Assembly (NCBI RefSeq): GCF_022045235.1
Contig: NW_027266269.1
Location: 35,774,001-35,838,000 of the forward strand
DNA length: 64,000 nt
Reading direction: 5' to 3'
Origin: Haliotis cracherodii
Lineage: Eukaryota
In this document: positions 13,391 to 26,000 of the stretch, piece by piece
How the letters are laid out: the number at the start of each line of letters is the position of its first letter
How positions within the stretch are numbered: position 1 is the stretch's first letter
The notes under the pieces: generated by a model
Told to the model about the DNA's origin: nothing
What the model saw: only the letters and a program-made list of their open reading frames with translations
Database searches by the model: none
Position numbers and translations under genes: made by a program

Positions 13391-14495
13391 GCTCTTAATT
13401 GTAATAAAGAAGTTGTTCATCCATAAATTCTTATCCTTACTTAGTACTCCAACTTCTAAATGCCTATCAAAGAAGATATTTACTAATGTTTGTGAAACAA
13501 TATATGTCTTCTAGAATAAAATATTTAATAAATATACTTCTTACACCAAATGTATTATTTAACAATTATAAGAAATATTTTAACACATATCACGACATCA
13601 TGAGCTTCGATCCACGCAATTGGGATATGATGACATGCATCAACCAAATCAGCGAGTCTGACCACCCGATTCCGTTAGTCGCCTCTTACGACAAGCATGG
13701 GTTGCTGAAGACCACTTCTACCCCGGATCCTCACGGATCGCGTGCCACCGGTGGGGCGGGATATGCGCACCTTATCATGAACACCTAGAATCATTACAAT
13801 TTGTTTTATATAGAATAAAAAAAAGTGCTTCAGATAGAATCGTACACTCGCCACTTCTTTTGGTTTAGATTTCCTATGACAATGGGAAGAGTTTTGCAGC
13901 TTTATTAATTTAGATATGGGCTTCGTGAGGATTCCGGGTTAGAAGACGTCCACAATAAACAATGCGTGCCGTAAGAGGAGATTAGTGAGTGAGTGAGTGA
14001 GTTGGGTTTAACGCCACTTTTAACAGTATTCCAGTTATACCACGGCGTGTCAGCTTAATGTGGGAGGAAAGCCCGAAGTGATGCAGGTCTCAGACGTTTA
14101 CCACTTCGTTGCAACCCACGGGTATGGTGCTGACAAAACCTAGGAACATAATCGGGGCGAACCGGGATTCGAACACACAATCATAGGTTTCTGGCGTGCC
14201 CAAGGGACGCAACACTGCACAGCGAATCGCGGTGCCTTAGACGACTGGGCCACCCGTGCCCCCAAGAGGGAATTAAATTATCGGGAACGTTGCTCAAAAT
14301 ATCAAACATTGACTTGTCTTGTCTAGAACCGATTATTTTCCGGCCGCAGTCATATAGCTTGATCAGTGCTCACTCCGACGTGAAACTATAGATGTATCTG
14401 GAAAATAGTGTCCTTCTTCATATGACCAGGAATACAATTGTTCGATAATACATCTTGACAAATTATTCTACAGGCAAAACCCACAAGATTCCAAC

Positions 14496-14535
14496 ATGTC
14501 CAACAGAGACCAAGAAAAGGTGACTGTTGTCAAAG
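14496..14535 (+). CDS. SLC6 copy 1 coding exon 1 (MSNRDQEKVTVVK)
   Basis: Acceptor ttctacag ending 14473, ATG in caacATG context, donor AAG|gtatgt; phase 1 matches the next exon. Confidence 0.7.
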
Positions 14536-17500
14536 GTATGTGAACTAGAACTGAAGTCAATACCTTGTATCTGACCTCTGTCAAACTTGTTATATCGACA
14601 TCGACGGATGTCTACTGAAAGCAAAAGACAACTCATCCGAAGAGTACATTAAAGAGTAAAAAGAATTCAGTTCATTACTTTTATTCTTCTAAAATAATGA
14701 TCACATTTATTTTGCAAAACATGACCAAGCTCCTAAACATTTAGAAAACAAAAGCTGATCACGTACCCAAATCCTTTCCTGAAACTGAAATGGTTGCTCC
14801 CTCACAGTCTTGTGAATAATTAGTCACTCTGAATCTGTATGCATATCACTAAATTTTAATCATGGAACTGATGAGGCGGTTCCAATGGCCTCTTTAATTT
14901 CACGTTCAGTTGCCTAAGTCAGTGGAGTTAGTGAGTGAGTTGGGTTTAACGCCGCTTTTAACAGTATTCCAGTTATATCGCGGCGTGTCAGCTAAATGTG
15001 GGAGGAAAGCCCAAAGTGATGCAGGTCTAAGACGTTTACCACTTCGATGAAACCCACGAGCACGGGTATGGTGCTGACAAACCTAGAAACATAATCGGGG
15101 CGAACCGGGATTCGAACCCACAATCATAGGTTTCTGGCGTGCCCAAGGGACGCAACTCTGCACAGCAGATCGCGCCACCTTAGACGACTGGGCCACCCGT
15201 GCCCCCCTAAGTCAGTGGAAGGAAACGTGCTACTTGATAATTTTTGAAAGATATCAGTCATTCATATACCTGAAGCATGAATTGAACTTCGCATGTTTCC
15301 ATTTTGCCACTCCGATCAGACATTCCGATTCATATGCATAAAGAAACAGATTTAAACGAAACTCGCTGACACCACACGAGACAAAGAAGCAGGTGCTCTC
15401 TAAAGATGTGATGCATATAATGCTTGCAGACAAAAGAGAGACGTGGGGCCATCGAGTGGATGGCATCATCACCTTGTTGGGATACAGTGTAGGGGAGGGA
15501 ACTCTGCTCAAGTTCCCTTATCTCTGTGCAAGGAATGGCGGAGGTATGTATACAGGATCAACACGCATGCATGTGTCACAGGATGAATGACAACACCAAC
15601 AGGATATACACCTTAAATTTTGAAGTTGCAACCATGCATCCACAGAAAAGAAAGCAAGGCGTTCAATGCTTATTGGAGTCTTGTGACAGCTGTATTGTGT
15701 GACGAATATTTGTCATAAATATCTCAGCATTAAGCTGAAAGTAACATCCATTTTCATAATTTCCGAGATGAATATAAACAAGAAATATACAATCATGCTT
15801 TTGAAAGACGACATCTGTCCTATATCCTTATTCAAATTAATTTTCAAATCTCTTGTGGGTAAAATTGCAAGATGGAAAATTTTGAAATGAAACTTACCCG
15901 AATGAAACCTGCATATATACAGTAAACTACGTTTAAAACGAACTGACGGATGTAACGAACTAAAACCAGTGGTCCCTTTTAGTTCGTAATAACCGTCATT
16001 AACTGTATTCTGAATATTCTTGTTATCAAATGAGACATTTGGTGGCTTATAAGATAAAGCCTTCGCTCATCACTCCCAAGTTGGAGGTTCAATTCCCCAC
16101 TCACAGTAATCCTTAAAAGCGTGGGAAAGTCCTACTCACACACAGATGAATGTGGTCCTTTCCTCAGGAGCCTTCCTGATTCCCTACCTGGTGTTTGTGG
16201 GTCTCTGTTCTCTCCCGCTATACTTCCTGGAGGTCGTCATCGGGCAGTACTACCAGAGGGGTCCTGTTGAGGTGTGGAAATTTTGTCCAGCAATGAAAGG
16301 TATTTACATTTTGATGATTTTATATAAATATATTTCGAGTAAATTAAGATGCACTCAGTTTTATTTACCGGTAGTTTTCACTTTTTTTATGTTACTAATT
16401 TTTTTGTCTGCGAGAAGGAAGTAATAGGTGAACATCGTGAAGCGTTTTAGGTGGAAAAATGAGCATTTTGTGTTTGTGTATGTTGTTGTCGGAAGGGACT
16501 TGAGGTAGATGGCCTTAAGTAATAATTATATTACTTTTCTGTTTCGAAGTTTTGCATAACATATCCTCTAAACGTGTTACATTTTTTTACTTTTAAACGT
16601 AATGGGTGTGCACAGATCTTTGTGCAGCGTTAGGTACACTGAGATTTGAATGTAATGGGATTTGATTGACATGACATTTTGTGTTGGTGTTGTAGTCCAA
16701 TAAGGGTTTCATGTGTGTTCCAGGTATCAAAAATAAGCCATATGTAATTTTAATTCCAAAACAAATTGACAAATTTGGTCTCGCCTCTTGGGATCAACAA
16801 CTACACTTCACTGCACGGAAATGTAAAGCTTTTCAGTCAGTCTCACAATTGGTGTCACATCATATGCTGAATAAAGGTGATAAAAGTAAAACATGTACAG
16901 TCGGTACAAAAGTATTCTAATTTAATAGGGGCGGTCGGGTAGCCTAGTGGTTAAAGCGTTCGCTCGCCACGCCGAAGACCCGGGTTCGATTCCCGAAATG
17001 GGTACAAAGTGTGGAGCCAATTTCTGTGTTTTTCGCCGTGATATTGCTGGAATATTGCTAAAAGCAGTGTAAAACCTTACTCACTCTCTCACTCTAATTT
17101 AATAACGTATATTTTGTAAATACCATATACCAATTTTTGTATCTAAATTTCTGCCTTAATGATGATCACACTCTATGAAACACCGTGAAGATCAGGGGTA
17201 GCAAAGGACTTCAGCAACCCATTCTTGTCGTAAAAGGCGACTATGCTTGTAAGAGGCGACTGACGGGAACGGGTGGTCAGGCTTGCTGAATTTGTTGATG
17301 CATGTCATCGTATCTCAGTTGTGTAGATCGATGTTTAATCGATCAATACGTATTGCAAACCTATTCTGTCTCAACATCCCAGATGAAAATATATAGTCGA
17401 TCCGTCATCGATAATCTGTGTCATTCGATCAGGTCTGGGTTTTGGGTCGGCGTTGGTGTCGTGGGTGTACGCCATGTACACGTCCATGTACTTCTCCTGG

Positions 17501-19959
17501 TATCTCTACTACTTCTTCAACTCCTTCTTCAACCCCCTGCCCTGGTCCACCTGTGGCAACCCCTGGAACACGCCCAGCTGCGTGGAGTCGACGCTGTATG
17601 GGCACCAAGGGATGAACACCACAGTGAATGGCACGGTTCCACTGCAAGCTGCCATTAACACGACACGGTCGGGTCACCTGAATGGATCCACTGATGGCGT
17701 CAGTGTTGCGAGTGCCACTGAAGAATTCTGGAGGCAGGTTAACACAATAGTTAAGCCTTGGTGACATCCCGCACTGCACCAAACGCACTCTCTGATTTTA
17801 CAAACAATTTGCATATCTTTCGGCAAAAATACTCAACCAGTTATTTTTGAACTGGTTTTATGCAATATCGACTTAACCTTTAAGAAAACAAAACTGTTTC
17901 TAAGATACTATGATAGATTGCGTGGGTAAGGAAGAAATCAATTTTGGTCACATAGCAAATCTGGTTTATATATTATATTTTGCTATGTTTGGTTAAAAAT
18001 GATCCACTTATTCGCCTAGGTTGCTAATGTTGTATTCCAACTCTGAATCCCTACTGGCCTGTAACAACTGCAGTTAGCTGTTTTCCCCTGATCAAATACG
18101 TTTTGTTAATAATTATTGAACATATCTGTTACAGGTTTAATGCACTGAACATGTTGATATTGAACATATCTGTTACAGGTTTAATGCACTGGACATGTTG
18201 ATATTGAACATATCCGTTACAGGTTTAAGGCTCTGGACATGTTGATATTGAACATATCTTTTACAGATTTAATGCACTGAACATGTCGATATTGAACATA
18301 TCTGTTACAGATTTAATGCACTGGACATGTCGATATTGAACATATCTGTTACAGATTTAATGCACTGGACATGTCGATATTGAACATATCTGTTACAGAT
18401 TTAATGCACTGGACATGTCGATATTGAACATATCTGTTACAGATTTAATGCACTGGAAATCTCGAATGGTCTCGACGATGCAGGTTCCATACGGTGGCCA
18501 CTGTTTGGATGTCTGGCCTTGACCTATGTAGCCATGTATTTCATGCTGCTCAGAGGAATTCGAGTGACGGGGAAGGTACTTTTAAACAATTGATCGGAAA
18601 TACACCGTATTCATTTTCCATTTATTCTTAACCTTCATTGGCGTTTTTAAGGAAGTATATTTTTTCAATAAATAATTTACGTTAATTTGAATTCAGTTTA
18701 TTTGTTAATTGATCACTTTCCTTGAAATGGTTTGTCAGAAAACTAATGTTTCCAGGATTATGCTAATGACACCTGATGTAGTAAAAGGCTTTTCGCATGA
18801 TGAGTTAGAAAGTTGGGACATATCGAATCTAATAGTGATCAAGGGAACTACATGCAGAAATGTAGAAAGGAAAATTATGAAAGTCATTTGCCAAAACATA
18901 TGGCGATTGGTCATTTCAACATGCTGGCCCATTGCTATGCAACAATCTGCCACAAAATATCAGAGACACAGAAAATCTGACAATTTCAAAAAGACACTCG
19001 ACATATGTCTCTTCAAGAGAGCCTGTGACAAGATCAGTCATGGTCCAAAGGCATTTTAGCAGTATTTAATTGGAAAATGCGATATACAAATTCTTAATTG
19101 AATTTGATTAAAAAAAGCTATATTTCACTTTCAGATTGTGTACGTGACATTTATGTTACCCCTTATCCTGTGTACCGTCATACTCATCCGTGGGTCCCTG
19201 TTGCCAGGGGCACTAGACGGACTTCTGTACATGATCAAGCCGGACTTTGGAAAGCTGAAAAGCCCCACAGTAGGTTTAGAACTTTATTTTCAACAACGAT
19301 GTAATAAGTTACTAGTTTCAACTTTTTTTATATATGTGAGACGTTTTCAGTGTTCTTTGTTGTTGTTAGTGTTTTGTTTATCCACAAACTTAGCAATATT
19401 ACAGATATATCAGGACGTATGCATTGTGCTTCATCTTCTCCACAGATGTGGATCGAGGCCTGTGGTTACGCTCTTCATTCCATGGGGACCAGTAAGGGGA
19501 TTGCGAATACAGTGTCCAGTCACAACCAGCCGAACAGCAACTGCTACAGGTGAGTATTTAAATAGACCTGTGTGATTTTTGTTATATTTGACCAGCACTC
19601 GCAAGTAGTTGTCGACATCAGTGGAGAACCGCCTCAGGATTATGGAACTGCCTCAGGATTATGGAACCAAGATGGCGGCACATCCGTTTCCGGTCACGTT
19701 ACCTGCGCAGTGCATGATGGGTACCTGCGCGTGCCTCCAAGATAGCGTCACTTCCGTTTCCGGTGGCATGCGCCTCCAAGATGGCGGCGCTTCCGTTTCC
19801 GGTGGCGTGCGTATCCAAGAGGGCGGCACTTCAGTTTCCGGTGGCACACGCCTCCAAGAGGGGGTTGCCTCCGTTTCCGGGAGAAGGAGGGGGAAACCCG
19901 GAGAAGCGCCCGTAAAAGGTGAACGGGATCGACATTGAAAGAAGCGCGTCAAAAATCGT

Positions 19960-20001
<42 letters not shown>

Positions 20002-23000
20002 TAAACATAGACGGGGTGGCGGTGGTTAAGGGAGGGAGGGAGGGTGGTGGTGGTGGTGGTGGTGGTGAAGGGAGGGAGGGAGGGAGGGAGGGAGGGAGGG
20101 AGGGAGGAAAGGAGGAGGAGACGGGTTCATGGTTTGGTTTGGAGAGTTGTCAAAGCAAAGGAGGAAAGTTGTCTTTCAGGAGAGATGGGTGGCCCTGAAA
20201 AGGGCCGTTGGAAAACAAACTGGAAACAAGCTGGACAAGGGTTGTCTCCTTGATTACATTACTTTCCTTGATCTCGATACTAGATAATAATACGGACCAC
20301 CCCAACAGTCGGGTATGTCAATTCTGCGTTGAATAGTTTGTTGTAATGCTGACATAGCCTCAGACTTGTTCTTAAACCAGTGTGGGCTCTGCGATAGGAT
20401 CGTCTCCGATTCACCCCGTGGGTAACCCACTATTGTCCACGAATAGACTTTCATCCTCCGCTGGCATTGTTGACTGTTGGTCTGGCACGTCAGACAGTTG
20501 CATCGAGACGACATGGTTGATCTCTCCTTCAGTGCTCGACTGTGACGGTGTGCGTGGCTTCGCTCTTTTTATAGGAGAGGCACTGACACCCTGCTTCCTG
20601 ATTGGTCGAAAACGCATCGTGCTGATGGGTTCTTTCCGACAGTTGGTCTGAGCCCCTGGTTTTCTAAATCGGACCGACCGTTGTGTTTCTTTTTTTCATA
20701 AGAAATTGTATGGGTCATGGGAGAGATAGGAAGAAAAAAATAACAGATAAAAGAGAAAGGTCATGCTTGAAAGGATCAGTTGCCTGGTGTCAGTCAGCCA
20801 GAACACAGGATGGCATCACATGATGATGAAGAGGTCATGACCAGCCCTTTGACCCTACGGCATCCTTTTACGATGTTCATTGCGGGACCCACGGGATCAG
20901 GAAAAAGTTCCTTTGTGAAATCATGTATGGAGCAGATGCATCACCCCGAGGTGTTGGATACATCACCCCATCGCATCGTGTGGGTGTACAGCGAATGGCA
21001 ACCGCTTCATCATGAACTGGAAGAGATTGCAGACCACTTAGGGGTCGCTCTTGAGTTTGTCCACAGCATGAAACAAGCGGATCGTGCCTTGCCCGAAAAA
21101 GGGGTGGCCCCACGTTGGCTGGTCATCGATGATTTGCTGGGGGACAATACAAAAGAAGAAGAAACCGAAGTACTGCGATGGTTCACCAAGAAAAGTCATC
21201 ACCGAAACACATCTGTGCTATATCTCACTCAGAACTTGTTTGCTCAATCGCCGCAACATCGCACCATCAATCTGAATGCTCACTACATGGTCCTCTTTAA
21301 AAATCCGAGAGATGCATCGCAGATCGACAGTCTGGCTCGCCAGGTGTTTCCAGGCAAAGTTCCTTTTCTGCGTGAAGCCTATGAAGACGCTACCCGAGAG
21401 CCTTACACTTACCTGTTCTTGGACTTGAAGCCCACCACGTTGCAAGACCATCGCGTACGCGCCCGCCTGTTTTCGAGATCCGAATTACCCCTCGTGTATG
21501 TGCTGATCCTATGAGATGAAGAGACTTTCATAAAAGGAGGTGAACCCTCAGACCTTCCTTCAGTTGACCTACTTCCATCATGGGGCAGAGACGGAAACAG
21601 GTTCATCCTACAAAGGGAAAGAACAAAGACAAAGAGATGGTGAATGATGTCTATGACAGTATGGTCTCCCCCTCATCGCTACAGGGACTTGTGACCTCTG
21701 TATTTCACAAATATGTGCGGCAGCAGGACACCCCACAAAGGAAGAAAAAAGACAAGAGACAGTCTATTTTTCCGACAAGGGATGCGACAACCCTTGCCGT
21801 CAAAGGAAGAAATCGTCTTTTGCAGTGGTTTGCGATTGTCGTGCGGAACCTGAGAGCAGGACACATCCCATTGAAAGCTCAACATAAGACGTGGTTGCAG
21901 AGACATAATGATACCCTGACTAAAATTGTCAATCCACGTCTGCCTATGGATGAACGTCTTGACTACCTGATGCAACGCAGTGGTAGTGGAACACTTGCAG
22001 GGGTCTTGACACGCATTCTGTTGCAATGGCAAAATTATCTTCAAGCACCACTCCTCAAACAGGGTAACACCAGACGCCACCGACCTACAACAAAAACAAC
22101 GATGACTACTAAGCCAAAAGTAAAGGCTCATGAAAATGTCATGAAAGCATATCAAGCTGATGCTCTCAGACGATTGGTGCACATGCGGACCCAAAGAAAG
22201 TCCAAGAAGTCAGATCAACAGTTGCAACTCCCTCCTGCCACTGCCTGATAAAAGAGAGAAGCTGCAGATAGGTGACTCATTCAGGCTAACACCTCCATGC
22301 AAGAAAGATGTCTCAGTGCCTCAGGAAACAGAAACACGCTCTGTGTCATTTGTGTGCTGCCGCTCCAGCGATGCGCAAAGCCATTCTCAAACATGCTCCT
22401 ACTGATCTCATCCGTGCCCTTTGTGAATGTGTGGTGAACTTGTATGCAGGCAATATTCCCATGACCACGACGCAACGTCAAAACTTGCAACGACACGGTA
22501 AAGTCTTGAATACGCTCATGAAAAAACAAGTACCTCTAAGCAAGAAACGTAAACTTCTTCAACATGGAGGAGGATTATTAGGAGGACTCATACCTCTTAT
22601 TGGTTCTGCCCTAGCCTCTTTGTTTGGAGGAAAGTAATAAATGGTCTGACACCAGGAAGGTTGGGATCAGTGTGTGGTGTGCCACCATGAAGTACGCACG
22701 CAAGATGGTGTTGGTGTCTGAAGACACATGGCAAAGTCTACAAGCCACCAAACAACGTCATCGTCAGACACTTCATACCCCTCTCTTGGAAAAGAAACGT
22801 CTCCAAAATTTGGAAGAGATGGACGCGTTGATGCAGAGGTCACAGCAGCCTTTTCACATGCGGGAACAAGAATACAACCAACTGTTGCAACACATGCTAG
22901 AGTTGCAGCGCCAACAGCACAACAACAACCACAACCACAACAGCAACACCATCAAACCACTACAACCCAAAGTGACACCACCACTACCACCGTCATCACC

Positions 23001-26000
23001 ATCAACAATGGACACCACAGGTAGACCTGCCCCTCCTCAACAAGTGATAGACGAAGTGGTCATGAGTGTTCCTAAAGCCATGTCCAGTAAAGCCATGAAT
23101 TTGATGACAAGGATTCAAAACAATCCCGACTTGAGTTGGGCTCCAGAGGGAACCCTGACCGTGGAAGGGAAACCTGTCCCTGGCACACACATGGTGGACT
23201 TGATCAACGATTTAGTGCGTCACCGGAAAACCAAAGAGGGACCTGCAGGTTGGACCATTTTGAGTCACCATTTGGCCAACAGTCATGTCCCTCATGAAAT
23301 AATTGGAAATCCTCAACGATGGCAATGGATGCAGAAGCAGCAGCAGCAGCAACACCATCCTCATGCCACACCAGAAACACCCATAACCCAGTTCTCCCTC
23401 CCCACGTTCTCCCCGCAAAGTCACAAAGAGAGAAGAAGAAGAAGAAGGAGGCGGCAGCTGGATCCACAAGCGGAAGAAGAAGAAGAAGAAGAAGAAGAAG
23501 AAGAAGAAGAAGAAGAAGATGAGATGCCACCCCCACCTCCTTCGTGGCAAGTGGATCCAACAGTGGAGGAAGAAAAAGATGTGATGTCAATCCCATGGTT
23601 GATGACTCCACCTCCATCTGATACCAAACAGGACAGAGTCATCAACAGGCGAGGTTCATGGATACCCTTTAGCACCACCTAAGAAAAAAAAAAAAATCTC
23701 TCCCCTTCTCTATAAAAAGGCCATTCATGTAGGAAGTGGCATCAGTCTGAGAGAAATGAAGCGACAGACCAAGACGCGACAGAGCATTCTTCCCTCTGCT
23801 GCTGCTGCAGGGAAACAAAACAAAGGATTTCCTACTTCCCTTTGGACGGCCTGGTTGGAAAAAACCTACTTTCATCCTGAACATCCTGCAAGTTTTGGAG
23901 GCTGGCGACCTTTGTGGAAAGCAGCACGCATCCACGCTCAAGATGCAAGAACCAGTAAAAGCAAGAAGAAAACCAAGCCATCGCAAAGTCAAATCAAGCG
24001 TTGGTTGCAAACCAAAAGTACCTACACCTTGCACAAACCAGCCAGACGCTCCTTTCCCAGAGACCACTATCGTGTGGGAGGGGTCGATGAACTGTGGCAA
24101 GCAGACTTGAGTGACATGATTGCCTTTCAAGACGACAACGAAGGATTCAAATATCTGCTGTGCGTGATCGATGTGTTTTCAAAGATGGCATGGGTGCAAC
24201 CCCTGAAGGCCAAGAGCAGTTCTGCTTTGACAGAGGGTTTTCAAACCTTGCTGATGCAACAAGCCAAAGATCGACTCCCTCCTCAATTGCAAACAGACAA
24301 AGGCAGAGAATTTGTCAACCGTCCTTTCCAGGCTCTCATGACGAAACATGGCATTCATTTCTACACCAGTCAAAATCCTGAAACGAAAGCAGCCGTGGTG
24401 GAACGGTTTCAAAGGACTCTGAAAAATAAAATGTGGCGATACTTTACACAGCATGGGACCAGACACTATTTGAAAGTCTTACCCCAGTTGATCAAGTCGT
24501 ACAACCGTCGTGTGCATCGGACCATTGGCCAGCGACCTGTGGACGTCCTCCCAGGAGATCCCCTGTCAGAAATTTGGGTGTTAGACTACATGGAGGAAAA
24601 ACAACAACAACGGCTTCAGCGCAAAAAGAAAATAACAGCTCAAAGACTGTCGTCCCCCAAGACAAGATCCCCCTCTCTTTTACTGCCGGGCACCCGTGTA
24701 CGTCTGAACAAAACCAAAGGCACCTTTGAGAAAGGTTATCTCCCCAATTGGACCACCGAACTGTTTACGGTGGACCGGTTGGTGACAGGGAGAATACCAC
24801 CTGTGTATCGGATCAAAGATGATCATGGTGAAGTCCTCCAAGGAACTTTTTACCCTGAAGAATTACAACCCATCTTGAAAACAGACGATGTGTATGCCGT
24901 GGATCGCATGCTAAAAAGACGTCCAGGACCAAAACAGGGTCAAGAAGAGGTCTTGGTGAAATGGACTGGTTACCCTGCCAGTTTTAATTCGTGGATCCCT
25001 GCAGATCATTTACAGATAAAATAAGGAGCATGCTGTCTCTCAGACTCATTCAGAGGGTGGACACACGCGATGACAGAACCGCCACCACCACCACCACCGT
25101 CATCACCTCTGCAGAGAAGCCTCTCAGCATCCGTGGGTACCGATGAACCACCCCTTGCTGCTGCACCTCGTCATCAACAGCGCCGACACTCACCTTGGTG
25201 TTGTTTGGGCATGACGTTACCCCGTAGTGAAGTCGTGTTTTTTGCTCAGATCATTGTGATATATGGCGTGATCATCATGAGCATGGTACAGTTGGCCTTG
25301 GATCACGGAGAGAAACAGTTGTGGACAGCCCTGCTTTCCAGTTGTTTGGGATACATACTTGCACCACCCACCTTGGCCGCCTCACCAGGCATACCCACGA
25401 CGACCCCGTCCACCAGAAGACTTCAACTTGATACCTCATCCACCCAGAGTTTTCTACCCTAACTCACGTCATCATGGCTGTCACCTTTTTTTCGAAACAA
25501 GACTTTTACATGACCCTGCCCAGTGATGCCTCCATGGACATCTATCCAAACAACACCGTCAATGCGTATGAAATAAAGTTGCCTTATCCTCTGCATCTGG
25601 ACCGTCAACAGTGGGAGGTGGGCGTCAGCGAAGTTCACTTTCCGATGACATGGTACAACGTCGCCCCACCCTTTGACTGGTTTGCGCTGAACCTCAAACT
25701 GAAAAAAGACACCCTTGTGTATGAAAGCGCGGGGAGCGCTATACCACAGCCACAGTATGGTGTCGTCCATTATGAAAGCAAGAAGATTCCTATCGAGAAA
25801 GGCGTCTATTCATCTGAAGATTTGGTGAAAACCCTCAACCGTTTGATTCAGGAACATATTACGGATGTCTTGAAAGAACAGCCCTCAGACAGCGTCCAAA
25901 GTGATGGAAGACGGTTTGTCATTGATGTCAAGTATCCCGCAGATAGTCTTCGATTTGACATGCTTGAAGATGGAAAGGTGTGATTGCAAGCCCCTCAAGA

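Noticed and set aside
14866-14895. CTGATGAG as a hammerhead ribozyme core
   Set aside because: No GAAA after stem II and no stems I/III.
19609-20253. ORFs in the TIRs (also 29109-29791)
   Set aside because: Products of GC-rich 39-bp repeats and microsatellites, open in several frames on both strands.
20254-20617. Minus-strand ORFs as a pPolB remnant
   Set aside because: No exonuclease or polymerase motifs; the 68-aa ORF overlaps the promoter and is likely spurious.
23204-23678. Poly-F/L/S/R ORFs
   Set aside because: Alternative frames of the (GAA)n tract within PZ.
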